Assembly: GCA_020891255.1 (NCBI GenBank)
Contig: BQFW01000003.1
Location: forward strand, 1,178,001 to 1,242,000
Direction: 5' to 3'
Source of the DNA: Entomortierella parvispora E1425
Lineage: Eukaryota; Fungi; Mortierellomycota
Length of the DNA stretch: 64,000 nucleotides
Each line of letters starts with the position of its first letter. Position 1 is the stretch's first letter. The notes under the pieces are model-generated. The model worked only from the letters and a program-made list of their open reading frames with translations. It was not told where the DNA came from and did no database searches. Below, one piece after another: positions 11,301 through 24,020 of the stretch. Both the position numbers and the translations under genes were made by a program.

Positions 11301-13004
11301 ATCAGTAAATCTACATTCCCAACAATGAAATCAGTGGCGACACAAGCACTTACTCTTCCTCGAATACGGCGTAGAACTGAAGTTTCAGTTTTACGCACGA
11401 TCTCCATGGTCCTTCTCGAGAGGCAATAGTCGACTCGACCCATCTCCGACATGACTCTAGTCGACCAGCTTCTAGAGAGGCATTCTTTGCTGATCCTTGT
11501 TCGAGCACGACCCGAGACAACTTTTTCGGTGGCATTTCTGCAGTTTCTTGGTGAAGTAGGATAGAATCGCAAATGCGGATAAAACTCTTGCAGTGACTAT
11601 CCAGACCAACATTAGGATAGGTATTTTCGCTCTTTTCTAGGTGCCTGGGTCTTAACGACTTGTTCGATTTCGAATACACAGAGTCATCAGTCAAGCTAAG
11701 ATAGGAATGTGCAAATAAGTCAGAAGTCATTATGTTGACACGAAAGAGGGCGACGATTAGCAAAACTTACATTTTATCAAGGCTGCTGAGGCTACTTGAT
11801 GTCTAACGAAGTCATGGCAAAGAGATTTAGTATTGGGTGGCCAGTATTCTTCATGCTCAAACCGGGGTACAAGTTCTTACCTCAAGAGGTCTTTTCCTTG
11901 AGCGGGGGTTTGTCTCCAGATTGATTGATGAGCCCGAGGCACTGCTTGAACGGGCAGCAACCATCGTATCCCAACTGGACAAAAGTGCACTGTGCTCACG
12001 ATCCATCTCTGCCCGAGTCTTTCCGTCCTCCAAGAGGATCGCGACAACACGCGACATCCATGACGCCAGCTCCTCGGTTGCTCTTTTTCGCCCTGAATCC
12101 ACAGAACTTCCAGTTACTTGTGACTTTGTGCCTCCATAATCGGTGCCGGATATCCGTACAAGTGCACGGCACATCACGCTCCTGAATACTTTAAGAAAGG
12201 CGTATCGAACATGCTCCTCTTCCTCTAAGATATCTATCCACAAGTCCAGAGGCGAACGTTGTTGGCTCTGCTTCAAGCTTCTTTGAATTGGTTCTGTGAT
12301 CTTCAAGGATGCTGACCAGGCTTCGTCTATGGACCAGAGAGCTAATTCCTGAAGCCCTTTGGACGACAGTCGCTGAGACTTCACTAGAAGTGATAGCAGG
12401 CGCAGCTTTTCAAGACGTGAGACGGTTGAAAGGCATGGAAGGGTATAATCCCGCAATCCGAGTTCCAGAGTCATATCCAAGTAGTCTTCCACTGTTAAAA
12501 TCCAAGGCGCGTTCAGTGACAGAAATTGATCCGCACATTGTCCTGAAGAGGTATCCAGAAGGACTATTGTCAGTATATGCGGGTCCTCTCTAAATCACGC
12601 ATCACCTCTGAAACAAACAAACAAACAAAAACAAAGAAAACAAGATACTCACTGGAAGACCATGCATCGAACATGTAGCCGTGGATCAGCGACCGTGCTG
12701 CAAAGTGGTCCCTGCTGTTGGCGATTAGCAGCTTTAGTCGCGATGTCAGCCTGGAGGTGGATCTATTCCAAAGTATAGATATTGGTTGATAAATCAGCCA
12801 GATTCTCGCCAGGAGGAAGAAGAGTGGACACAGTTCATAGATGTACCTGCGACTGCTTTGGACTTCTCCATTTCCAGGGTCGCCTGAACACGATAATACG
12901 GCAGCCTCGATGTCGATCTATGGGCGCAGCCAATGTTAGAATACGCACCAAAGTTAGAACTAGGTGACGGTGAACCATGGCGAACTAGCATTGGAGGCGG
13001 CCAT
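8374..13004 (-). CDS. GEMIN4: Large multi-exon alpha-helical protein, probable GEMIN4 (SMN complex) homolog; 5' exons and start uncertain
   Basis: Long ORFs (11857-12492, 11009-11572, 10726-10977, 9705-10721, 9187-9708, 8374-9012) are co-linear; introns 10761-10830 and 9712-9800 were checked and keep the frame. Four co-linear segments resemble human GEMIN4 as recalled from memory (see findings). Confidence 0.6.
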
Positions 13005-13275
13005 TTGAGTGAAGCATAGGTGGAAATGAGGAGAGGGACTTGTACCTTGATGCGGAGGGCCTGCGATCCTTTGCGCGCGAGATGGGTCAACTGCATGGCG
13101 AACGAGAGAGGAGCGTTGTTCGCATGAATGCATGCAAAAAATGGCTTTGTGTTCCTGGTGGTGGCGAGAGAGGCGAAAGAAGCGGTCACTTTTTTTTTTC
13201 CTTTTTCTTTCTCGGCCTGAACGTCCGAGTCGCCCGATCACTGTTCCTTCAACCCATTCGCCTACCTACACAGAC

Positions 13276-13620
13276 ATGCCTTCCAGCTGCAAAGAGATCA
13301 GAGCCGAGCTGGCAGAGTGCATTCTCAAGTCCAACTGCATGGTCGTCGACGGCCTCTCTGCGAAGGACTGCCTTCACCCCGACAACGAATACCGGGTACC
13401 GGCTGAATGCATCGCGATCAAGAAGAGTTTCTTTGAATGTCGCAGAGGAATGGTACTCTTCAATTCATGAATGCAATGCAAAGGACTATCCCTCCAACTT
13501 TACTCATTCATTTGCACAGAAAGTAATTGGAAGGGCATCACGACACTGATCAGTTCATTTATTCTTGCAAAAAAAAAATAGCTTGACATGCGAACCCGAT
13601 TCCGAGGCAACAAAGCATAG
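13276..13620 (+). CDS. COA5: Cytochrome c oxidase assembly factor 5 (Pet191), twin CX9C-type; exons 13276-13452, 13582-13620
   Basis: The spliced product MPSSCKEIRAELAECILKSNCMV...KDCL...VPAECIAIKKSFFECRRGM|LDMRTRFRGN is the typical Pet191/COA5 signature. Confidence 0.92.
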
Positions 13621-13765
13621 TCGCTCCCCCTCCAGCACGGATACGAACCCCGACACTCAGCCCTCATTCCCGTTCACACCATGTGCCAGATCTTAATACA
13701 AACAACAGACAACTCGACTCAGGAACGGCCATCAAAAAGGGCCCGACGCTTTTTATCCAGGAACA

Positions 13766-14641
13766 TCAATCAACAACGGGAGCAAAAAGTTTGGTATAGA
13801 TAAGAGGCAATAGCACAGCTATCGTCGTTGCTGCAAGCATGATACCCCAAAACGGACATGGATCTGGATCTTTTGTTGCTGCCGCTGGTACGGCTAGATC
13901 CAACAATGAGAACTTGACTCAGGCACAAAATAAAAACCAGGAACGATCGACTGTTTGTACCGCAGAAGAATAGAGAAGCTGGAGATGCTACCCTGAATGA
14001 CTCTGAGTAGCAATGGGAGGTATGAAAGGTCTTCCAGAAAGCCTTCAAGTGATAAAGTGATAAACTTGGAGGCTCATGTTCCGTTCTTCTGTGAAAGGGC
14101 AGCAAGTTCATTGATCAGTCATTATTGACCTATTGACCATTCCCCAGGCGCTTCTGGTCAGTCTGATGAGAGCGACCAGGCAGCCTGCTGATCTGAACCG
14201 TGCAGACCTCCCTTGATCTGCTCTAGCAAGTGAATTACAGCCAACAAGGAAAGGAAATGTGGTTGCTCGGATCTGTGCCATTCAAGAGCAAGCCGACACT
14301 ATCGAGATGAAAGAAAGCTGTGCTTCCAGCCCATCCACCCTCTCTCTTCCTTCTCTCTCTCTCTCTGCCCTGCATGATACCCAACCTCGACACCGAGGTT
14401 ATGATGCCACAATGATGCTCTAGCAAAGATCCAATCAACATTGCGAGACCCTCCCTCTCAAATCAAGCGGCAAGCAGCTGGACAAACCAGGGCAACGCAA
14501 CCGCCACGATCCCCTACTTCCCCCAAAAAACAGTAACCTGAGCAACCACTTGATCTCGGCAGCTTCTGACTCGAGGGTGGCGGCTACGAGCTTGGTTTCT
14601 TTGGAGTCCTGGGTGATGGACTGCCCGCTTGGCGAAGACAA
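13766..14641 (-). CDS. Possible small multi-exon hypothetical gene or relic with a C-terminal TM helix
   Basis: Exon 1 would be MSSPSGQSITQDSKETKLVAATLESEAAEIKWLLR with a donor at 14537. A phase-consistent last exon reads AVPAAATKDPDPCPFWGIMLAATTIAVLLPLIYTKLFAPVVD*. Internal exons are ambiguous and no family was recognised. Confidence 0.3.
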
Positions 14642-16787
14642 TCACCGCTAGGCTCGTCGTAATGCCGATCGGTCCTTCATTCACATCCCCTCACATCCCC
14701 TCACACACATACAAAGAAACGAAAAGACGCCATAGTACGATCAGCATCTTCTACCACCTTCAGCCTGTAGTTGCGTTTGTGAACCTGGGGTGGTCCCTCC
14801 CTCCCTGTTCCGACCTTCCCGCCAACCTTTGGACGATCCGGCTGGTTTGGCCATCTCTGCTCTGGAGGAATCAAGGGCCAGAAACGAGGCCAAAAACTAT
14901 GTCGCCGCGACTCCTTGTGTCTCGTCTTTGAGAGTGAAGGTAGGCTGCCCTGAATCCCATTTTCACTTGGTTCTCTTTTTTTTTTTTTTTTTTGTCTGCC
15001 ACCCTCGCCCAAGAGAGCACGCAAAAGAGGTGTCAAGACGAGAAGGAAAATGAGGGGAAGAGTAAGCACGATGGGCAGAAAGGAAAAGTAGGGCCCTGGC
15101 TGGCGGTTCCATTCATTCCATTTCGCCATGGTTGCTCCCATTGCTGCTCCCATGGTCAGACTCATGAGGTTCCACCATTCCACTTTTTGCACAACTCTCA
15201 GGCAGAAACGCAGGTCTCTGATTCCCTTCACGTGGATAAGTCAAAGACAACATAGCTGGTCCTTATCCTCACCTCAGTGTGGTCATGAATTCTGGCTAGC
15301 TCTCGGCCAGCTGTCGGTCATATTACAGTGCAATAAACGTCCATTATGTTCTTTCTGAGAAGAGAACATCATGCCCGAAGATCAGTCTTGCATGGTGGCC
15401 CTGAACAAAAAGACCAAGACGCTCCGCAGCCTCTAGAGAGAGAGAGGGAAGGAAATGTGCACCACCATCGCCGTTTCATAGTGTCAACGTCGTTACTCTC
15501 GAAGTGTATGTCCTTCATAATCCATCAAATGTCCCAGTTTATATGTTTTTTTGAAATTTTGAAATTTTTTCTCTTTCTGTCCGCCATGGTCATTTTTTGC
15601 ATGCTTGAACAGCAGCCAGAGCTGCGCAAGAGTTCATGCAAAAGACTGGCACTTTCTTATACATTCCGTATATTATGGCGATTGGCACGGTGGTTCGAGT
15701 CGTGTGTCTAATCGTCTGATGGCTGGGTGTTCAAACCCGAAATTGTACAGAGACTGCACGGTGAAGGGGTCAGTGCACAGTTGTGTGTCCAAGACTTGTT
15801 GAGTATTGCACAAGTAACTTGGGGGCAATAGCAGCTGTGTACTGAGCCGCAGGGGGTAGAGGAAACGCGCCTATATGGTAGCGCCTCCGTAACCCTGTGC
15901 CTATTTTTTTCTTCTTTTTCTGTTACTTTCTTTTACATCATTTTTCTTCTTCATTGAACTCATTCTCTCGCATGACATGGCTTCGAGAAACCGCATCTGC
16001 CTTGTTGAAAGGTAAGAAGAAACCGCCAGTAACTTTTTTTCGTGATGATCTCTCCCTTGTTCGTGCTCTTCGCCCAGAATTAACTGAGGGAGGTCGAAGA
16101 TGACTTGATAGTTTGCGAGGCCGGTTTGCTCTGAGGCTAGTCAGATAGATGTACTTGGGAGGGATCATGTTCGCAGAACTGAATTTGAAGCCAGAAGAGT
16201 CGACGCATGGCCACCCCTTGAGTTGGCAAGACGCCTTGAAGAAGACGATGACCCAATGTGATATTAGGTGATGTGGAATAGAACTACGAAAGAAATTGAC
16301 TGGAGGGAAAGGGAGTGTTGAAGAGGCGCCCTCAATGACTTTCATTATTTGGAGACTCTAACTATTTGTTCATACTCAACTGGAACCACATCTCCTGTGC
16401 ATTGGTCAGACGCGGTCAAGTCACCAATTGTTGCTGTTGTGGCCGATCAGTTTAGGCTCAGAAACGAGAACGGGCAGATGAGCCCATGGCACTCAGCAGA
16501 GAGGGGCCCTCTCCGGTTGAACACGTCTTCCTGCCAACGCTGAGGCCGCATCGTATTTGACAGCCGGGCAGCAGTGCGGCGTTTGATCTTTTTTTTTTTT
16601 TTTGGTACCTGATGGACCAATATCATGTAACTTGCATGGCCAGCACTTGTGCATCTCTGCATCTCTCAGAGTTGTTTCTTCTTATATTCTTCGACTCTTC
16701 TGATATAGGATAACTGTTGCAATGCTTTATTGTGGTTGATACATGGAAAAATATACATGGCCCTGATATAGGATCGGTAGCCTTGCT

Positions 16788-19023
16788 TTACATTCGAGGA
16801 GGATAACGCATCCTTCCTTCAGCTCCTACATTGCTCTTGACAAGTTGGATATTGCCACCCATGCGGGCTACCAGCTGACTCCAGTATAAACTCCGAGGCT
16901 GAATCGGAGAGCCTGGCAATACGTGAGCAGCAGCAAGGCCCTCGAACATAGGTTTCTTGGAGAGTCCTCCTCGGAAGCCAATGATCCAGTTGGTGGCCCC
17001 TGGAGCATCCTGGAAACAGTTATTGTTGTTGTTGGCCGTGCAGTTGTATACAACGTGGAATACGCCTATGCACATAGAGATACCGCTGTTAGACTGAGAA
17101 GACTAAATAACTATCAAAGCAAGAGGGGGCATTAAGCTCATCTTACCAGCCCATCCCTGTCCAGATCCCATCCAACTACGCTGGCGAATGTTGATGGTAT
17201 TACAGGTAATGTTGTCATACAAAACACCCATAGCCCAACGCTCATGTGGACCTGTATCGTTGTTGCCATCCACGCCAGTAGAGTCAACAAAGACATTGGG
17301 GCCACAGACACGCCCGAGGGTGATAAAGTCGTGACGGGCATTGTTGGTGAAGCAACGCTTGACAAGTCCCATCTGACCACTCAAGTTGAACTGGTAACGA
17401 CGTCCGCCCTCTGTCGGCTTGGAGACTGGGTTGAGGACTGAGCAATCCTGGATAGTAATGAAACGAGACCACAGGCCTGCAAAGATGCCACTGACGAAAT
17501 GTACCGTGGTCACGTCGGCCACCCATCCATGATGTGCGTTGTCGACAATGATTCCATACCAGCCATGGCTCTCATCTTCTGGGTTCCTGCTGTCAGTCTC
17601 ACTGATCAGCCTCATATTTTCGACACCCACATCCGTGATGATGGGGAACTTGTGAATAAGGTCGTAGATACGAGCAGGTGGATATTTTGGATCCAGACAC
17701 ATCACCATGGGGATATCAATCGTAAAGGTGCGTGTCGCCTGGTCAATGGCGACAATCTTGCGCTCAAATCGGAACGTGAACGACTTTCCTGTCCATTGAG
17801 TTGAAGCGATGTTGCCTGGTCGTGGAGGCAGTTTGTCCATGCCAATGTCTCTAATCCACTCTTCTGTTCCTGGACGTTCAATCTAAAGTCAGGATGTTGT
17901 TAGCCAATGCTCCATCACGAAAGCCTATCATAACCAACTCTGTGGCCATGTTTGATTGCACACTTACGACAATGCGGTCTCCCACGTTATAACCTTTAGT
18001 GTCCAAGACTGGGATCTCAAAGGACCCAACAGGGATATAGACGCCAGATTGAGTGTATGTATCTGGCTTGCGACTGCCTCTGTATCCGTTACGAGGCATC
18101 ATCTCTGCAGTGCGGGCCTTGGTGCGCTGCGTCTCCACTGAACCCATGTCGGATGTGAGCATGCCGTTGACAAGGATAAAGTCGCGTTGAATGTTGCCTG
18201 TGGCCACTACGACAGTTCCTCCCTCGTCCTGTCCCTCGCCCCTGAGGACCACGCCGGAGGCATTGATGATCAGAGCACCAGCAACTCGGTAGGTTCCTGC
18301 CTTTAGTAGCACCGCGCCTCGGATTTGTGCTCCGTCCTCGCCGATGCTGTGGAGAGGTAGTTTTCCGACCTCATTGATTGCATCTTGGATTCGGTCAGTG
18401 TCGTCCGCATAAGGATCCAAAGAAGGTTCAACCACTATCTGGACAGGGACGGTTGGAATCTTGACGTGGCCCTCTCTGTAACCAACACGCGAAAAGTCTG
18501 GAATAGTGTTGTTGCAGGAATCCGGTAATTTTAGTGCACTAACGTTATGCACTGGGTCCTGTTCATGATAAGGCGGTGGAGCATTGGGAGCTGCAAATGG
18601 TCTATCGTAAGGCGAAAAGCCCAAATAATGCAATCAACGTGTCAATATATCTTTTTGGGAACAAGCCGGCTCGTGAGCGACTACACAGGGCAATGCCAAA
18701 TTGGGAGGCGGGGGAAGGGGGACGTTTTACCTTTGAGGAAGATGTGGTGGTTGGAGATGAGACACGGAAGGCGAAGACGACGAAGCGTGACCAGGGTATT
18801 GGGCAGCGACCATGGCCTGATGCTGCTGCGACTGTGAGGGGAAGGATTGTTTGGGGGGTTGAGCAGGTGCACTGTTGTTGGCTTCGGCAAGATAGTCTGA
18901 GAGGAGGAATAGGAGGAGTACAAGAGAGAACGCTAAACGCGGTGAGTCGATAGCATTCGTAACAAGAGCAACGGCAAAGAAAGGAGGAAAGGCATAGTCT
19001 GTGAGGACGACGGGTCTTGGCAT
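16788..19023 (-). CDS. Secreted or membrane-anchored right-handed beta-helix (pectate-lyase-3 / pectin-lyase-fold) protein of bacterial type, 646 aa; exons 19023-18731, 18601-17968, 17882-17147, 17065-16788
   Basis: Motifs include IPDFSRVGY, DDTDRIQDAIN, RGAVLLKAGTYRV, SGVVLRGEG, ARHDF, GPNVF, GPHERWAMGVLYDN, GSGQGWAG and PRSLYWSQL. The N-terminus has a hydrophobic segment. Exons sum to 1941 nt in frame. Confidence 0.85.
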
Positions 19024-19752
19024 TCCATTCTTTCGTCATTGAGACAGGAAAGAAGCGAACAGGGGAATGAGGGCTGGAATGAGTTGAAGAGGGAAGGACC
19101 ATTCATTACCTCGCACTTTTCTTGCGATCATGCGGCCGGCCTGTTTTCCAAGCTGGTCCAGGGACATTGCGAATGCGACAGCGAGGGCAAGGAGGATTAG
19201 GAGACAAGTGTATGTGAGAATGATAGCAAAGAACAGCGCTGGCTGTGCTTGTGAGAGACGAGTGAGTGGGAGTGGTGAGAGAGAGAAGAGTGACGGAGGG
19301 CAGTTTCAGCTGGAGAGAGGAAAGGGCGTGGTAGGAAGGAAGGAAGAACGGAAAGGGGAACTTGAGACCTGGCCATGACAGCATCGTCTGCAGTGTGCAA
19401 GGCCCTGACGGACAAAAATGGCCCGAAAGCGCCACGGTGCCACCAATGAATGATTTCATTTTTCTGGGCCGTTGGGACCTTTTTTCCGTTCATTTTTCAT
19501 CGAACGTTTTTCATTCAAGGGGCGCACGTGACCGATCCCTCAACCTCCCTCTCTAATTGACACGTTCCCTTATTGACAAGAACGAGCTGCCTGCTTCCCC
19601 ACATCCCTTGGCCGCCTTCTCCAGAAACGCGTTGACTCCACTTTTTGACCCAACTCAACTTCATTCCATCCTTCATTTGCAACCCTCATTCATTATTGCT
19701 CGTCTTCCTTTTCTCAGCTCCCTCTCCTCTTTTACTTCATTCTTATTCTCCC

Positions 19753-22260
19753 ATGGCTTCTACTCTGCGCGTTGGCGTCTTGACAAGTACATTACCACAG
19801 TCTCCATGCATTCACTGCGCGCTGCATTGGTGACTTGCACTGCTAACCACCACCTTTCTTCATATTCGTTTAGTCAGCGACACTGCTTCTGTGGACCCGG
19901 CATCCGATACCAGTGGTCCCGCACTCTGCAAGCTGCTTGGGACTGAACCCCGGTACAAGGTCGAGGTCACTGCCTGTATCCCTGATGATTTCAAGGCGAT
20001 TCAAAAGACTGTCACCGCCTGGTGCGACGATCTGGATCTGAACGTTGTTCTCACGACCGGTGGCACCGGCTTTGGTGTGCGCGACTGCACCCCCGAGGTA
20101 AAGAACAGCCCTGGTGGAAAACCTGGAGGGATGTATTGCATAGAAAGCTCCTGTTAACTCGCCTTCGTCTTTTATTATTAATATCTAGGCTGTGATGCCT
20201 TTGCTCGACCGGCAGACCCCCGGTATTACACATATGATTTTCGCAAAGTCCGTGCAGATCACGCCTTTTGCAGCCCTTAGTAGAGCCGTTACCGGAATTC
20301 GTGGACAAACACTGGTGCTGACCTTCCCAGGCAGCCCCAAAGCGGTCAAGGAAAACTATGAAATCGTCTCTAAACTGCTGCCCCATGCCTGTGATCTTGC
20401 GAGCGGAGGCACGGGCAAGAAGTTTCATGAAAAGATGCAGGGTGGGCCCCGACCCTCAGGCGTTGCCTCACCCGCCGTGCCAGATGTGAAGGCTGGGGAA
20501 CAGACTGCTCAGGGGCATGAACATGGACACGGGCATGGACATGGACATGGAGGGCACAGCTGCTTCCATCATAGCGATCGCGAGGCAAGATCCGAACCAG
20601 CGTCCTTGGGCCTCGACACCCCAGTATCAAGACGACTCCGGAAGTCGCCCTATCCTTTGATTCGCATGGAACAAGCGATGGCGGCCGTCATGGATCAAAT
20701 TTCACCCCTTCCTTCTGTTCAAGTGCCCGTCAACGAGTCCCTGATAGGAGCTGTTCTTGATGAAGACGTTGTGGCCGTCGAGGCTGTGCCTGGATACCGT
20801 GCCGCCATTCTGGATGGATATGCCGTCATTGGTATGTGCTCGTATATGTGGGTGCTTCCCATACTCTTGCTAGTTTTTAACCTTTTGATCGCCGATTCTA
20901 GACACGGATGGTCCAGGACAATACCCGGTGACTGCTGTTTCTATTGCTACCGCGGCAGCAGAGGGTGCTGCAACCAAGCTGCTTCCAGGACAGATTGCTA
21001 GAATCACAACAGGAGGTGCAGTTCCAGAAGGTGCTACAGCTGTCGTCATGGTCGAAGATACAGTGTTGGTCAAATCATCAGAAGATGGTACTCGGGAGGA
21101 GATTGTTGAGATTCGGGCAAAGGTCAGGAACGGCGAGGCTATTCGTGAAATCGGTTCTGATGTCCAAATCGGACAGACGGTTTTGAAGAAGGGTCAGGTC
21201 ATTTCTGCCGTTGGTGGAGAGATTGGAGTCTTGGCTTCCATTGGCGTGCAAAAGGTTGGTGACTCACTAAATTGATTGAATAAGGTGCCCACCTTGAGAA
21301 CACGCCACTAACCAAACAACCATCCTATATCATAGGTGACAGTCCGTCAGAGACCTGTCGTTGGGTTTCTGTCTACTGGTAACGAGGTCGTTAACCACGA
21401 TAACGGTGAAAAGCTGAAGATGGGGCAAATTCGCGATACCAACAGACCCACGCTGATCGCTGCTACAAAAGCGGCAGGTATCGACTATAAAGATTTGGGC
21501 ATTGCCCCGGACAGCCCAGAAGCTCTGGAAAAGGCGGTACGTGAAGGATTGGATAAATGCGACATCGTTGTCACTACTGGTGGTGTTTCGATGGGTGAGA
21601 TGGATCTCCTCAAGCCCATTTTGGAGCAAAAACTGGGAGCTACTATTCACTTCGGACGCATCATGATGAAGCCAGGGTAAGAGGACTATCTCCTTTATTG
21701 GATCACGATACAACCTATGGAGGGATGTGCCACTTACCCAATTCTCTCGTGCTCACCATCCAATAGAAAACCAACGACTTTTGCAACTATCCCGAACCCA
21801 AATGGAGGACAACCCAAGCTGATGTTTGCGCTGCCAGGCAACCCTGTTTCGGCCACAGTCACCTATTATTTGTTTGTCATCCCTGCTCTTCGCAAATTGG
21901 CAGGATATGAAAAGTACAGCTGGCCCAGTATCCAGGCAGAGGTAAACGCGCTAGATCTACAAAATAAGGGGGCTCCTAGAGTTTCAAGCTTCGTTACACA
22001 CCCACTCACACCTTGTATTACGATAGATCACTCACGACGTTCGTTTGGATGAGAGACCAGAGTACCAAAGGGCCATTGTGTCTGTGACATCCGAAGGGAG
22101 GATCTTGGCGCAATCGACAGACAAGAACCAAATGAGCAGTCGCATGGTAACGATGCTGGAGGCCAACAGCCTTTTGGTTCTGCCTGGAAGGACAGAGGAG
22201 CGCCCCAACGTACAATCGGGACAGAAGATTGAGTGTCTCTTGATCGGCAAATTGGGCTAA
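19753..22260 (+). CDS. cnxE: Gephyrin-like molybdopterin adenylyltransferase / molybdenum insertase (MogA-MoeA, G-E fusion); exons 19753-19786, 19874-20097, 20189-20831, 20902-21254, 21336-21676, 21767-21941, 22027-22260
   Basis: G-domain motifs: [33 protein letters not shown]-domain motifs: [74 protein letters not shown]. Confidence 0.95.
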
Positions 22261-23988
22261 AAAGTGCGACGCATGCATGGTAGGGACCATGGAGCGCAGA
22301 CAAAACAAAAGGACAATAAACATGGCGTTGATGTTAGCTATCGATTGGAGGAGACGAGACATCGAAAGCAAAAGAACTACATACTCAAGGGCGCAGACCT
22401 GCATGATCTGGGACCCATGATTTTTTGTTTTCTCTCTTGTTCTTTACCATGGCGGACTCACAAGAGGTCAGATTGCATTTGACAATTCGCGAAAAGCCGC
22501 TACAAAACGCAATGCTTTTATAGTTGGGCATGTTCACCGATCAGAGGTACCATGGTCAAAGTAGAAGGGAAGGTCTGGACCATTGTTTGGAAATTCAGAA
22601 GGTCTGGCACCCGACCAATGCTGGGCGTTGATTGGTACTCCATGACCTTTCATCCCGCCATGCATTTGGCACAACAACAATAACAACAACAATAACATCA
22701 AACATCAATTGGGAGAATGACAGAAAGACAACAGAGAAACTCCCGCCTGAGAGCTTTGGGCTACTGGTTTTAGGCATGCACGTTTTTTTAATCTTTTTTT
22801 TTTTTTGCCCAAGTATTTCCTTTTTTTTTTTTTTTCCAATGGCCGATCGTGTCAATAATGATGCAGAAAGTCACTGTGCAATGGGACAATGGTCCACAAA
22901 GGCGGATCTTGGTTTTGTTTTTAGGAAATGAAAGGAAAAGAGAGCACTTTCATCTTTTTTTTCTTTTTTACTTCACGAGAGCAACATGTTGCCCATGGTC
23001 ACCCTTCTTTGTCTTTGTCGTGGAGTAAAACAAAAAAAAAAAAATTCGCACTCAGAGGGTTGTATGAATGACAAACAGACCCTTGAAGCTCAGGGTTTGG
23101 TGAGTACAAGGGGGCAACGGTGGTCAAGGAGACAGGGGGAACGGATTCTTAGGGCTAGAGAGGAGAGGCGAACCCCAAAATGATGACAATCGCTGTTGAG
23201 AGCGAGTGTGCAACAATGAGCAAAAAGAAAGAGATGAGAGAACGGGTCCCTCTGTGGCACTACAGATATCCCACGTTTTTTTAATTGTCCACTTCTTCAT
23301 CTTCACCACCCGAAACACAATTGAGGTACCTCAAGAAGAGAGTCTTGACAACTCTCCTGACACCCACTGAACCTTCTCCCTCCTTCTCCCCCCTGCATCC
23401 CGGCGTCTATTTTGATTCAAGGAAAAAAGAGGTAGACAATGTATCCTCCTCTCAAGGTTTCGTCTTTTGGGGGGGTGTGGAATTGAAAGGGAGCATGGGG
23501 GCCTGCAGATCTGGTTTTCTTGTGTAGCCTAGATGTCAACTTTGTTCGACCCTCGAGCAAGTGAGTGTGGAAATGCACAGTGCAATGGTAGACGTTGCGA
23601 TATGATGAGATGTGGATCTTGACCTCCTTCCATCCACGTTGACTGTTGAGAAAACGGATAGGAACAAACAAAGAACGCTGACATTTTTTTGTCTGCCGTC
23701 CATTGTCCGTTGCCGCAGACAGCTCACCATGCAAACCTTGGAGCATTCAAAGGCAATTTAAACAGAAAAACAAAAAACGACGGACCCCGTATCATCCATG
23801 GCCAAGAATAACGATGGCAAAAAAAGGCTTTGGTATCGGCCCATGGGATACCCCATCCCGCTCGACACTATTTGAGCATTGCACCCTCGCCCGCGTTTTT
23901 TTCCTTCTTTCTTTCTTCCTTTCTCTTCTTTTCGTTTCTCGACACTTCCGTTCTTTACTCTCGCTTGCTCGTCTTCAACCGACTCTCT

Positions 23989-24020
23989 CACTCACGCACT
24001 CACGCACTCACGCACTCACG
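23989..24020 (+). repeat. Tandem repeat (CACTCACG)x4
   Basis: Four exact 8-bp copies are visible in the sequence. Confidence 0.9.

Noticed and set aside
15676-15745. tRNA-like A-box (TGGCACGGTGG) and B-box-like motifs (GGTTCGAGTC, GTTCAAACC)
   Set aside because: No acceptor, anticodon or T stems can be paired into a cloverleaf.
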